Below are positions 26,020 through 35,708 of a stretch of 64,000 bases of DNA, piece by piece. Every line of letters starts with the position of its first letter. Positions within the stretch are counted from its first letter, which is position 1. Location of the stretch: assembly GCA_002938205.1 (NCBI GenBank), contig PTKZ01000006.1, forward strand, positions 4,805 through 68,804, written 5' to 3'. Origin of the DNA: Alphaproteobacteria bacterium MarineAlpha5_Bin5 (GTDB lineage Bacteria > Pseudomonadota > Alphaproteobacteria > HIMB59 > GCA-002718135). Made by a program: the position numbers and the translations under genes. The notes beneath the pieces were generated by a model. The model searched no databases and had not been told where the DNA came from. It worked only from the letters and a program-made list of their open reading frames with translations.

Positions 26020-28664
26020 TAAATTTTTTCATTTTTTTTTACAATTGTGTTTAAAACATATTGAAGAATGCCGCCTTGTTTGTAGTAATCAAGTTCTTTA
26101 ATAGTATCAATTCTACACTTCAATTTTATAAGTTTTGTTTTTTTAGATATAATTTCACATTTTATTTCTATGTTTGGTTTTAAATTATTAATACCAAGTA
26201 TAGTTATTTTTTCATTTCCTGTTATATTAAGTTCTTTTCGGTTCTGATTATTTGTGAATTCCAAAGGCAAAACACCCATGCCAATTAAATTAGATCGATG
26301 TATTCTTTCAAAACTTTCAGCTATAACAGCTTTTACACCTAATAATTTAGTACCTTTTGCTGCCCAATCTCTGGAAGAGCCTGTTCCATACTCCTTGCCA
26401 GCAATTACAACTAACGGTACACAGTGCTTAGCATATTCAATTGCAGCATCATATATTGACATTTCTTTATTTGAGATAAAAGACTTTGTAATTCCTCCTT
26501 CACTTCCTGATATAATTTCATTTTTAATTCTAATATTAGCAAATGTTCCTCTCATCATTACTTCATGATTGCCTCTTCTTGAGCCATAAGAATTGTAATC
26601 CTCCTTATTTACTTGTCTTTCTTTAAGATAGATCCCAGCTGGACTTTCAGACTTAATTGAACCTGCAGGTGAAATATGATCGGTGGTTACACTATCTCCT
26701 AACAAAGCTAATATTCTTGCTTCTTTAATTTCTGCAATATGCTCATCATTTTTTTCAAAGAAAGGAGGGTGTTTTATATAAGTGCTTGTTGGATTCCATA
26801 AGTATGTATTATCTTTAACATTAGTTATAGATTTCCAATTTTTATCACCTTCATAAATTTCATTATATCTTTTTACAAACATATCAGATGATAAAAATTT
26901 ATTAATAATATTATTTATTTCAGAGGTTGATGGCCATATATCTTGTAAAAAAACATCATTACCTTTTGTGTCAATTCCAATTGGATCAGTTAAAATATTA
27001 ATATTGATATTTCCAACTAAAGCGAAAGCCACTACTAGCGGTGGTGAAGCTAAATAATTAGCTTTTACCTCTTGATGAACTCTTCCTTCAAAATTTCTAT
27101 TTCCAGAGAGTATAGAGCATACAGCTAATTTTTTATTGCTTATTTCTTTTGTAACCCATTCATCTAATGGGCCAGAATTTCCAATACAAGTCGTACAACC
27201 ATATCCGACTAGATTAAAACCTATTTTATCTAAATATTGGCTTAAGTCAGCTTTATTTAAATAATCAGTTACAACTTTGCTGCCTGGTGCTAAACTTGTT
27301 TTAACCCATGGCTTAACATTAAGACCTAACTCTACTGCTTTTTTTGCCAATAAACCAGCAGCAATCATAACGTTAGGATTAGAAGTATTAGTACAGCTAG
27401 TGATAGCAGCTATTACAATATCGCCTGTCTTTATTTCATTTTTAATTTTTTTAATATTATCAAAGTTAGAATAAAACTTACTAAAATTTTTTGACACATC
27501 TTTTAACAAAATTTTGTCTTGAGGTCTCTTGGGTCCAGCAATTGATGCTTTAATATCTTGAAGATCTAAACTCAAATATTCATCAAATATAAGCTCGCTT
27601 TTTTTATCAAGCCAAAGTTCTTGTTTTTTAGTATAGTCTTCGACGACTCTTATATGTTGAAAATCTTTGCCAGATAATTTTAGATAGTTTAATGTTTCTA
27701 TATCAGTTGGGAAAAAGCCACAAGTAGCTCCATACTCGGGGGCCATATTAGAAATAGTAGCCCTGTCGGGCAATGATAGTGTACTTAGACCTTCGCCATA
27801 AAATTCCACAAACTTACCAACAACACCATGTGCTCTAAGTAATTGTGTAATTGTTAAAACCAGATCTGTTGCGGTGATACCTTCTTTTAGCTTTCCTTTT
27901 AAATTTAGACCAACAACCTTTGGTATATTCATAGAAATTGATTGACCTAACATTGCAGCTTCTGCCTCTATACCTCCTACGCCCCATCCTAAAACTGAAA
28001 GTGCGTTAACCATAGTTGTATGACTGTCTGTCCCTACAACAGAATCGGGAAAAAGATAATTCTTATTATCAATAGTTTTTAACCAAATAGTTTTTGCAAT
28101 ATTTTCAAGATTAACTTGATGACAAATTCCTGCTCCTGGCGGAACTAGGTAAAAGTTATTAAATGAGTTTTGACCCCATTTTAGAAATTCATACCTCTCT
28201 TTATTTCGTTTAAATTCCTGGCTAACATTTTTCTTGTAAGAGTTATCATTTCCAAAACTATCTACCATAACTGAATGATCAATAATTAAATCAACTCTTG
28301 AAAGAGGATTAATTTTCTCTGGATCAATACCTCTATTTTTTAGCGCATTTCTCATTGCTGCAAGATCAGCAAGAGCTGGAACGCCTGTAAAATCCTGCAT
28401 AAGTACTCTCGTGGGAGCAAAAGCAATTTCAAAATTTTCCTTTCTGGTCTTCAAGTTAGAGCAGAAACTTTGAATCATATTCTTTGTTACAAAAATACCA
28501 TCTTCATTGCGAACCAAATTTTCTAAAATTATTTTAATGGAATTTGGAATTTTACTTAAATCAAAATCCAATTGTTCTGATAGAGATTTAAGATTAAAAT
28601 ATTTATAATTTTTATCATCAATCGATAAATTTGCCTCCAAATTAAAAGAATCTTGTGATTTCAT
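26019..28664 (-). CDS. acnA: aconitate hydratase A
   Basis: The 881-aa protein carries VGTDSHTTM, ITSCTNTSNP, CTTCIGNSG and GSSRDWAAKG. Confidence 0.95.
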   Translation of the reverse strand: MKSQDSFNLEANLSIDDKNYKYFNLKSLSEQLDFDLSKIPNSIKIILENLVRNEDGIFVTKNMIQSFCSNLKTRKENFEIAFAPTRVLMQDFTGVPALADLAAMRNALKNRGIDPEKINPLSRVDLIIDHSVMVDSFGNDNSYKKNVSQEFKRNKERYEFLKWGQNSFNNFYLVPPGAGICHQVNLENIAKTIWLKTIDNKNYLFPDSVVGTDSHTTMVNALSVLGWGVGGIEAEAAMLGQSISMNIPKVVGLNLKGKLKEGITATDLVLTITQLLRAHGVVGKFVEFYGEGLSTLSLPDRATISNMAPEYGATCGFFPTDIETLNYLKLSGKDFQHIRVVEDYTKKQELWLDKKSELIFDEYLSLDLQDIKASIAGPKRPQDKILLKDVSKNFSKFYSNFDNIKKIKNEIKTGDIVIAAITSCTNTSNPNVMIAAGLLAKKAVELGLNVKPWVKTSLAPGSKVVTDYLNKADLSQYLDKIGFNLVGYGCTTCIGNSGPLDEWVTKEISNKKLAVCSILSGNRNFEGRVHQEVKANYLASPPLVVAFALVGNININILTDPIGIDTKGNDVFLQDIWPSTSEINNIINKFLSSDMFVKRYNEIYEGDKNWKSITNVKDNTYLWNPTSTYIKHPPFFEKNDEHIAEIKEARILALLGDSVTTDHISPAGSIKSESPAGIYLKERQVNKEDYNSYGSRRGNHEVMMRGTFANIRIKNEIISGSEGGITKSFISNKEMSIYDAAIEYAKHCVPLVVIAGKEYGTGSSRDWAAKGTKLLGVKAVIAESFERIHRSNLIGMGVLPLEFTNNQNRKELNITGNEKITILGINNLKPNIEIKCEIISKKTKLIKLKCRIDTIKELDYYKQGGILQYVLNTIVKKNEKI

Positions 28665-28860
28665 TATTATATTTTGAAAATCTTTTAATTATAAATAATA
28701 TGTAGAAGTATTTTTGTATAGGGTTAATGTTAAATAATTATTAGTTTTCTGCGAAAAAAATTAACTTATTTAATTTTTTTTTATAATTAAATAATAAAAA
28801 AATAATTTTTGATAAGAAACAATTTTATTTTACAATTATTTTAATAACTTGTGTAAATTG

Positions 28861-28890
28861 TTGACTTTCTGCGTAAGTTTTGGGAATAAA
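28861..28890 (+). promoter_or_regulatory. possible sigma-70-type promoter for the basic-protein gene
   Basis: A TTGACT hexamer at 28861-28866 is followed 18 nt later by AATAAA at 28885-28890. This is hexamer matching only. Confidence 0.3.
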
Positions 28891-28973
28891 AGAAAGCCTT
28901 TTATGTTTATCACTTTTTTAAAGTGATGATGGAGGGGGGTTCCTCCACATTAACCCATTACAAGGAGCATTAA

Positions 28974-29177
28974 ATGGCAAAGAAAAGAAGAAAGGCTGCA
29001 CCAAAGAAGAAGAAGCGCGCAGCACCTAAAAGAAAAAAAGCAGCACCTAAAAGAAAAAAAGCTGCTCCTAAGAAAAAGAAAAGAAGAGCGGCACCTAAAA
29101 GAAAAAAAGCTGCTCCTAAGAAAAAGAAAAAAGCAGCTAAGAAAAAGAAAAAGGCTGCAAAAAGAAGAAGAAGATAG
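28974..29177 (+). CDS. 67-aa extremely basic Lys/Arg/Ala/Pro repeat protein (histone H1-tail-like), putative nucleic-acid-binding
   Basis: SD AAGGAG at 28962-28967 lies 6 nt before the ATG. Every residue after Met1 is K, R, A or P, in AAPK(R/K)KK repeats. Two stem-loop/T-tract terminators follow. Confidence 0.65.
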   Translation: MAKKRRKAAPKKKKRAAPKRKKAAPKRKKAAPKKKKRRAAPKRKKAAPKKKKKAAKKKKKAAKRRRR

Positions 29178-29196
29178 GTTATCTTTAATTTCTTGC

Positions 29197-29226
29197 AGAA
29201 AACTTAATGTGAGTTTTCTTTTTCTT
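29197..29226 (+). terminator. stem-loop plus T-rich tract
   Basis: An 8-bp stem, agaaaact (29197-29204) / agttttct (29212-29219), with a 7-nt loop, is followed by ttttctt. Confidence 0.45.
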
Positions 29227-29246
29227 ATCTTGTTAAGAAAAAACAT

Positions 29247-29274
29247 AAAAAACGGGGTTCGCCCCGTTTTTTTT
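29247..29274. terminator. GC stem-loop flanked by A- and T-tracts (intrinsic terminator, potentially bidirectional)
   Basis: The sequence reads aaaaaacggggttcgccccgtttttttt. Confidence 0.65.
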
Positions 29275-29310
29275 ATTGTTGTTAATTATAAAATTGCATA
29301 GATAAAACAA

Positions 29311-29919
29311 ATGCTTCTTTTAAATAATCTAGAATTCAAACGCTCAGAGAAAACTATTTTTGAAAATATTAGTTTTTCAGCAAATTCTGGAAAAATTATT
29401 TTGCTTAAAGGTAGTAATGGATCTGGGAAAACGACGCTTATTAAAACTATAATTAATATTTTAGAGCCAACAAATGGTGAAGTATTTTGGATGGGAGAAA
29501 AAATTAAAAAAAATATTTTTAATTTTTATAAAAATACCACCTTTATTATGGATAAAACAACATCCGCTGCAAATCTAACTATAATGGAAAATATTTCATT
29601 CTGGAAAAATTTATCTTTATCTAAAATCAAAAAAGATGAAGTGATAAGATTATTAAATATTCTAGAATTAACAAAATATCAAAATACAAAAGTTATGTAT
29701 CTTTCAATGGGAGAAATAAAAAAATTAGAATTAACTAGATTAATAATAGAAAAAAAAAAATTATGGATTCTTGACGAACCCTATAATAATCTAGATTCTA
29801 GTTCAATTGAAATAATAAGCCAAACTTTTGCAGATCATGCTGATAAGAAAGGTATTATATTATTAGCATCTCATTATGAACCGAATATTAAGGACCTTGA
29901 AATTTTTAATCTGAACTAA
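29311..29919 (+). CDS. ccmA: heme exporter ATP-binding protein CcmA
   Basis: GSNGSGKTT (Walker A), the ABC signature region and its position as first gene of the ccm cluster. Confidence 0.85.
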   Translation: MLLLNNLEFKRSEKTIFENISFSANSGKIILLKGSNGSGKTTLIKTIINILEPTNGEVFWMGEKIKKNIFNFYKNTTFIMDKTTSAANLTIMENISFWKNLSLSKIKKDEVIRLLNILELTKYQNTKVMYLSMGEIKKLELTRLIIEKKKLWILDEPYNNLDSSSIEIISQTFADHADKKGIILLASHYEPNIKDLEIFNLN

Positions 29920-29921
29920 TT

Positions 29922-30593
29922 ATGCAGTTAATTAATAAAATAATAATTTTTTTTGTAAAAGAATTTAAAATATCTATAAAAAATTTAAGTGATTTATTTA
30001 CTAATATTGTTTTCTTTTTTCTTTCTATTTTTATTTTTATTTTTTCAATTGGACCTGACAAACAAGTTTTAAGTACGTTTGGCATAGGCATACTTTGGGC
30101 ACTACTTCTTCTTAGCTCGACATTGTCACTAAAAAAATATTATCATGATGATTTTAACAATGGTTCCTTAATTATAATGCACATGGGCGGTTTGAGTTAT
30201 GAATTTATAGCAATATTAAAAATTATATCACATTTTATATTTGTTCAATTACCTTTTTTAATTACAATACCAATTGCTAGTCTTTTTGTTAATCTTCCTT
30301 ACAGCAAAATAATATTATTACTTATAAGTTTTTTTATTGGATCTTTAGTTTTATCTTGTTTAGGATCTATTGCAGCTTCTATGAATTTGCTAAATAAAAG
30401 AAACTTTACCCTAAGCAGTTTAATTGTTATGGTTTTTAGCATACCTGTGATAATTTTTTCAGTTGGATTAGCACAATCACAAGAGAATATACTTTCATTA
30501 CTGAACATATTATTCGCAATCCTCTTAATTTTTATTTCAATATCTCCGTGGACTAGTGCTGTTTGTATAAGACTTGCTCTAGCTAATAGTTAA
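29922..30593 (+). CDS. ccmB: heme exporter membrane protein CcmB
   Basis: A 223-aa protein with ~6 TM segments, lying between ccmA and ccmC. Confidence 0.8.
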   Translation: MQLINKIIIFFVKEFKISIKNLSDLFTNIVFFFLSIFIFIFSIGPDKQVLSTFGIGILWALLLLSSTLSLKKYYHDDFNNGSLIIMHMGGLSYEFIAILKIISHFIFVQLPFLITIPIASLFVNLPYSKIILLLISFFIGSLVLSCLGSIAASMNLLNKRNFTLSSLIVMVFSIPVIIFSVGLAQSQENILSLLNILFAILLIFISISPWTSAVCIRLALANS

Positions 30594-31289
30594 ATGCTTG
30601 GTTTTTTAATTAACCCCAATAAATTTAATAAATTAACAGACATTATTCTAAAGCCATTATTTTATTTAACTGCTGTTATTTTTTTAATCGGATTAATATT
30701 AATCTACTATTCTCCAAATGATTATCAACAAGGATCAACGGTAAGAATCATGTATATACATGTTCCTTCAGCTTGGTTAGCTTTGCTTACTTATTCAATT
30801 ATGACTATTTATAGTATTTTTGCACTTGCATTTAGAATACCCTTTGGCTTCATAATAAATAGTGCAGTAGCTCCAATAGGAGCTGTATTTACTCTAGTAT
30901 GTTTAGTGTCTGGATCACTTTGGGGTAAGCCAATGTGGGGCACATGGTGGGTTTGGGATGCTAGATTAACTTCAGTAGCTATATTATTTATTGTATATTT
31001 AATTATTATTTTCATAAATTATTCTTTTGAAAAAATAGAAGTAAAAGAGAAAATTATAGCTATATTTGTAGTAATAGGTTCAATTAATCTGCCTATTATA
31101 AAATTTTCAGTTGATTGGTGGAATACTCTGCATCAACCAGCAAGTATTAGCAAATTATCCTCACCATCAATAGATCCTTCAATGTTAAAACCACTAATTG
31201 CTATGACTTTAGCTTTTACCTTTATAGGTTTAATTATTGCAATACTAAGGATAAAAACTGAAATAATTCTTAGAAAAAAAAGTATATAG
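30594..31289 (+). CDS. ccmC: heme exporter protein CcmC
   Basis: It carries the WWD motif region WGKPMWGTWWVWDARLTS. Confidence 0.9.
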   Translation: MLGFLINPNKFNKLTDIILKPLFYLTAVIFLIGLILIYYSPNDYQQGSTVRIMYIHVPSAWLALLTYSIMTIYSIFALAFRIPFGFIINSAVAPIGAVFTLVCLVSGSLWGKPMWGTWWVWDARLTSVAILFIVYLIIIFINYSFEKIEVKEKIIAIFVVIGSINLPIIKFSVDWWNTLHQPASISKLSSPSIDPSMLKPLIAMTLAFTFIGLIIAILRIKTEIILRKKSI

Positions 31290-31354
31290 ATGTTTGAGAC
31301 CAATAGTCACAAAGGTAAGATATCTTTATTTAATTTTTTTGATAATAGATAGGG

Positions 31355-31456
31355 ATGTATTTTTGGTATATAGCGTCTACTTATTTTTTTGCATTCATTG
31401 CAATTTTTGGATTATTGATATTTTCATACTTAAAATACAATAAACTAAATAAATAA
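31355..31456 (+). CDS. ccmD: heme exporter protein CcmD (33 aa, single TM)
   Basis: My own translation gives MYFWYIASTYFFAFIAIFGLLIFSYLKYNKLNK. It is below the ORF-track size cut-off, lies between ccmC and ccmE, and its stop is 1 nt before the ccmE ATG. Confidence 0.6.
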   Translation: MYFWYIASTYFFAFIAIFGLLIFSYLKYNKLNK

Positions 31457-31457
31457 A

Positions 31458-31898
31458 ATGTCCCTCCGATTTCAAAGATTATTTTTGATATTGGTTACTT
31501 TTGTACTACTTTTAGCAGCTGTTTTATTAATTTTATTTAATTCGCAAAAAAATATTATTTTTTTTTACACTCCTTCAGAATTAATAAATGAAAAGCCAAA
31601 GGTAGGTCAAAATATAAGAATAGGAGGATTTGTTAAAGAAGATTCATTAAAAAAAATTACCATAAATTCTTATGAGTTTGAAATTACAGATAATAATAAT
31701 GCTATTTTTGTTTATTATAATGGTATTTTACCAGATCTTTTCAGAGAAGGTCAAGGAGCTGTGGTGGATGGGATTATAGAAAAACCATACACTATAAAAG
31801 CTACAAATATTTATGCTAAACATGATGAAAATTATATGCCTGCTTCAATTAAAGAGGATCTTGAAAAAAATAATCAATGGAAAAAAAATTATAAATGA
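31458..31898 (+). CDS. ccmE: cytochrome c-type biogenesis heme chaperone CcmE
   Basis: It has an N-terminal TM anchor, an OB-fold region and the heme-binding His context AKHDENYMP. Confidence 0.9.
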   Translation: MSLRFQRLFLILVTFVLLLAAVLLILFNSQKNIIFFYTPSELINEKPKVGQNIRIGGFVKEDSLKKITINSYEFEITDNNNAIFVYYNGILPDLFREGQGAVVDGIIEKPYTIKATNIYAKHDENYMPASIKEDLEKNNQWKKNYK

Positions 31899-33763
31899 GT
31901 TCACTTCTGGGTTTTATTTTTTTAGTTTTATCAGTTTTGTTAAGCTTTATAACAATTGCTTCAGAAATTTATAGAAAATTAGAATTCAAAAATTTTCTAA
32001 TTATTTCTAGAGCCTCAACTATATCAATTTTATTTTCTTTTTTATGTTTAGTCTATGCTTTTATAATTTCAGATTTTTCAAATTATAATGTATTTCAAAA
32101 CTCTCACTCAGATAAACCTTTAATATACAAAATAGCAGGGGCATGGGGCAATCATGAAGGATCTATTCTTTTGTGGATTTGCACAATATCCTTATATGGT
32201 TTCTTTTTTTCATTCCAATTAAATGTGGAAGAAAATTTTAAAAGACTTACTTTAGCTATTCAACATACTTTGTATATTTTTTTCTCTATTTTTGTTATCT
32301 TAACTTCAAATCCTTTCTTAATTAATTCTATTAATGTGAATCAAGGGCTGGGTTTAAATCCGATTCTTCAAGACCCTGCACTTGCGATTCATCCTCCTCT
32401 ACTTTACTTTGGTTACGTTGGATACTCCTTGGTTTTTAGTTTTGCAATAGCAGTACTCTTAAAAAAAAATACAAATAATCATTGGGTGCCAATCATAAAA
32501 AAATGGTCTTTAATTAGTTGGACTTTCCTAACTAGCGGAATAGCTCTTGGTTCATACTGGGCTTATTATGAGTTAGGTTGGGGAGGCTGGTGGTTTTGGG
32601 ATCCAGTAGAAAATATATCATTAATGCCTTGGATTGCAGGTTTAGCATTAGTTCATTCTTTATTCATGGCTCGTGGAGAGAGAATATTAAAAAAATGGAT
32701 TATTTTTTTATCTATTCTATGTTTTTCATTAAGTATTTTTGGAACTTTTTTAGTTCGCTCTGGTATACTAACAAGTGTACATTCTTTTGCCACTGATGCT
32801 TCAAGAGGTTTATTTATATTACTTATTTTCTTTCTAATAACTGGATTTGGTTTTTTAGTTTTTCTAATTCGCGCACCAGAAAATGAAAGGCCTTTGGATC
32901 TTATGTTTATAAACAAGACTTCAGCTTTAATTATAAACAATGTTCTAATGATGATTGCAACAATAACAATTCTTCTAGGAACTATTTATCCTATTTTTAT
33001 AGAAATTCTAACAAATAAAAGAATTTCAGTTGGTGGTCCTTATTTTAACTCAACTGTAATACCTATTTTGCTACCTGGTTTTTTATTGATGAGTATTGCG
33101 CCAATTTTATCTTGGCAATCAAACAAAATTAAAAAAACAAAATTGTATGTTTTCTCGTTTTTATTATTAAGTATTATAATTCTAGCACAATCATATTTTA
33201 CTAATTTTAATACTTGGGGCTTCCTGGGAATTCTTCTAGGCACTTGGATTATTGTGGCATCAATTATCGCAATAATTACTTCACATAAATTGGTTCTAAG
33301 TTTTAAATATTTAAAAAATATCAATGCCTTTATCGCTCATATTGGAGTTGGTATTTTAATTTTAGGAATAACTTTCTCAAGTATTTTTAAAATAGAAAAC
33401 AATTTTTTTATCGAAGAGGGTGAAGAAATGAAACTGATTGATAATACAATAATTAAATTTGAAGAAATTAAAATTACAAATGAATCAAATTTCCAATCTT
33501 TACGTGCTTTATTTTTAATAAAAAAAAATAATAAAAAAACAGCAAATATTCAGGCTGGTAAAAACTATTACTTTGTTTCAAAAACAATAACAACAGAAGC
33601 TGGAATATATCATGATTGGCTAAAGGATATATATATAGTGTTGGGCAATCAAGAAGATAATAAATGGTTTTTAAAAATTTATATAAATCCTCTTGTAAGC
33701 TTTATTTGGATTGGAATAGTTATTATGATTTTTGCAGGAATAATTGGAGTAATAAAAAAATGA
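31895..33763 (+). CDS. ccmF: cytochrome c-type biogenesis protein CcmF
   Basis: A 622-aa polytopic protein with the WWD motif WGGWWFWDPVEN. Confidence 0.92.
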   Translation: MSSLLGFIFLVLSVLLSFITIASEIYRKLEFKNFLIISRASTISILFSFLCLVYAFIISDFSNYNVFQNSHSDKPLIYKIAGAWGNHEGSILLWICTISLYGFFFSFQLNVEENFKRLTLAIQHTLYIFFSIFVILTSNPFLINSINVNQGLGLNPILQDPALAIHPPLLYFGYVGYSLVFSFAIAVLLKKNTNNHWVPIIKKWSLISWTFLTSGIALGSYWAYYELGWGGWWFWDPVENISLMPWIAGLALVHSLFMARGERILKKWIIFLSILCFSLSIFGTFLVRSGILTSVHSFATDASRGLFILLIFFLITGFGFLVFLIRAPENERPLDLMFINKTSALIINNVLMMIATITILLGTIYPIFIEILTNKRISVGGPYFNSTVIPILLPGFLLMSIAPILSWQSNKIKKTKLYVFSFLLLSIIILAQSYFTNFNTWGFLGILLGTWIIVASIIAIITSHKLVLSFKYLKNINAFIAHIGVGILILGITFSSIFKIENNFFIEEGEEMKLIDNTIIKFEEIKITNESNFQSLRALFLIKKNNKKTANIQAGKNYYFVSKTITTEAGIYHDWLKDIYIVLGNQEDNKWFLKIYINPLVSFIWIGIVIMIFAGIIGVIKK

Positions 33764-34284
33764 AAAAAATCATAATGATTACTCCTTTAATAGCTTTAAT
33801 TACAATTTGTAGTTTTGTATTAATATATATTCTGTCTGAAAGAAATCCTCAAAAACCCCCAAGCTCACTAATAAACAAAAACATTCCCTCATTTAATATT
33901 TACAATTTATATGATGAAAACAAAACTATTAAGAATTCTGATTTAAAAAATAAATATACATTAATAAATTTTTTTGCCTCTTGGTGTGCGCCGTGCAAAG
34001 TAGAACATCATCTTTTTTTTAAAATAAAAGAAGATAATCCTGATTTGTTTATTTTAGGTATTAATTATAAAGATAATGAAATAGATGCTAAAGATTATCT
34101 TATAAATGAAGGAAATCCATATTCTTTTGTTGGCATCGATGCAAATGGAAAAATTGGGTTAGATTTCGGTGTTTTTGGATTGCCAGAAACTTTTCTTATA
34201 AATAATAAAGGGGAAATTATTTTTAAACATATTGGCCCAATTACAGAACAAATTATATATGAGCAGATCAATCCATTATTATAA
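33760..34284 (+). CDS. ccmG: thiol:disulfide oxidoreductase CcmG/DsbE
   Basis: The thioredoxin motif FFASWCAPCKVEH is present. I trimmed the start to the ATG at 33760, which forms an ATGA overlap with the ccmF stop and gives a signal-anchor N-terminus (MKKIIMITPLIAL). Confidence 0.88.
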   Translation: MKKIIMITPLIALITICSFVLIYILSERNPQKPPSSLINKNIPSFNIYNLYDENKTIKNSDLKNKYTLINFFASWCAPCKVEHHLFFKIKEDNPDLFILGINYKDNEIDAKDYLINEGNPYSFVGIDANGKIGLDFGVFGLPETFLINNKGEIIFKHIGPITEQIIYEQINPLL

Positions 34285-34648
34285 AATTTTTTTTTATATT
34301 ATATTATTAGTTTCTTTAAACTTGCCACAAATAGTTTTTTCTAAAATTGCTTTAGATGAAGAAGTAAAAAAATTAACACTTCAATTGAGGTGTATGACTT
34401 GTCAAAATCAAAGTGTTTATGAGTCAGAATCGGAATTTGCAAAAGATATCACCAGTCTTGTAAAAAAAATGTTTGAAGAAGGAAAAGGTGAAGATGAAAT
34501 AAAATCTTTCCTTGTAGAGAGATATGGGGAGTACATTTTGTTTAAACCAAAATTTGATACAAAAAATCTAGTATTATGGCTATTTCCCTTTGTTTTATTT
34601 TTGGTTTTTTTCATTTTCTTTATTATTCGCTTAAAAAAAAATAGTTAA
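34259..34648 (+). CDS. ccmH: cytochrome c-type biogenesis protein CcmH/CycL
   Basis: The LRCMTCQNQS motif and a C-terminal TM segment are present. The start was trimmed to the ATG at 34259. Confidence 0.85.
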   Translation: MSRSIHYYKIFFYIILLVSLNLPQIVFSKIALDEEVKKLTLQLRCMTCQNQSVYESESEFAKDITSLVKKMFEEGKGEDEIKSFLVERYGEYILFKPKFDTKNLVLWLFPFVLFLVFFIFFIIRLKKNS

Positions 34649-34748
34649 AGGCTAGTATTTGATTTCTTTTTTTCTAATTAGAATATATTAACTTATTATA
34701 AATTATTCGATAATGATTATTTAATTATTTAATCAATAAGGAGGAAAT

Positions 34749-35582
34749 GTGAAAAAATTTTTACTTATCTTATTGTCTCTAGGTTTAATTAGTTTAGCAA
34801 CAATTAGTAATGCTAAATCAATTAGAATTGGAACTGAAGGTGCTTACCCACCTTGGAACAACTTAAACTCAGCAGGTGAGCTTGAGGGTGCTGAAATTGA
34901 TTTCGGAAATGAAGCTTGTGCTAGAATGGGTGTTGATTGTGAATGGGTAACTCAAGATTGGGATGGTATCATTCCTGCTCTTCTTCAAGGAAAATACGAC
35001 ATTATCATAGCTGGTATGTCAATTACTGAAGAAAGAAAACAAAAAGTAAACTTTACTACCGGTTATATGAACGATGGAGCAAGATTTTGGACTTTAAAAG
35101 ATAGTGCTCTCGCAGATATGGCAATTGCAGGAGTAACAAAAGTTAACATGAATAATGCTGGAGGAAAAGAACTAGCAGCTGTAGGCCAGTTGATTGCAGC
35201 ATTTGAAGGCAAAACTATTTGCGTTCAATCTTCTACAACTCATGCAAATTTTGCTTCTCAATATCTGTCAGGTAGTTCTGTAGTAAAACTTTATCAAACT
35301 GTTGATGATCACAATTTAGATTTAATAGCAGGTCGATGTGATGCAATTTTATCAGATGTGGCTTCAGCAATTGATTTTATGGAAACTGATCAAGGATCTG
35401 TTGCGGCATTTTCAGGACCAACTTTCTCAGGCGGCCCTTGGGGAGATGGAGTTGGCGGAGCAATTAGAAAAGAAGACACTGACATACTTGATATGTGGAA
35501 TAAAGTAATCGCTGAAATGGCAGCAGATGGCACTACCGCGGAAATCACAAAAAAATGGTTTGGCCGTGATATGTCAATGTAA
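34749..35582 (+). CDS. ABC transporter periplasmic substrate-binding protein, family 3 (polar amino acid/opine type)
   Basis: A strong SD (AAGGAGGA) precedes a GTG start. The protein has a signal peptide, IRIGTEGAYPPWN and DIIIAGMSITEERK. The region is locally higher in GC and is followed by a strong terminator. Confidence 0.8.
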   Translation: MKKFLLILLSLGLISLATISNAKSIRIGTEGAYPPWNNLNSAGELEGAEIDFGNEACARMGVDCEWVTQDWDGIIPALLQGKYDIIIAGMSITEERKQKVNFTTGYMNDGARFWTLKDSALADMAIAGVTKVNMNNAGGKELAAVGQLIAAFEGKTICVQSSTTHANFASQYLSGSSVVKLYQTVDDHNLDLIAGRCDAILSDVASAIDFMETDQGSVAAFSGPTFSGGPWGDGVGGAIRKEDTDILDMWNKVIAEMAADGTTAEITKKWFGRDMSM

Positions 35583-35605
35583 TATTTTTAAAGAATTAAT
35601 GATAC

Positions 35606-35636
35606 AAGAAGCGGCTCATGCCGCTTCTTTTTTTTA
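35606..35636 (+). terminator. intrinsic terminator
   Basis: A 10-bp stem in aagaagcggc tcat gccgcttctt is followed by a T tract. Confidence 0.8.
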
Positions 35637-35708
35637 CTTAAACTAAACAGATCTAACTACTTTAAATTATTATTTATTTAACTAAGTTTATACAATAATA
35701 TCCAAACA

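Noticed and set aside
28950-29246. A 98-aa minus-strand ORF rich in Ser/Phe/Leu/Cys, opposite the basic-protein gene.
   Set aside because: It is the antisense shadow of the Lys/Ala codon repeats. It has no SD, whereas the plus-strand ORF has a consensus SD and correctly oriented terminators.
31290-31352. A 20-codon ORF (MFETNSHKGKISLFNFFDNR) starting right after the ccmC stop.
   Set aside because: It is not hydrophobic and has no family resemblance. CcmD is better explained by the 31355-31456 ORF.
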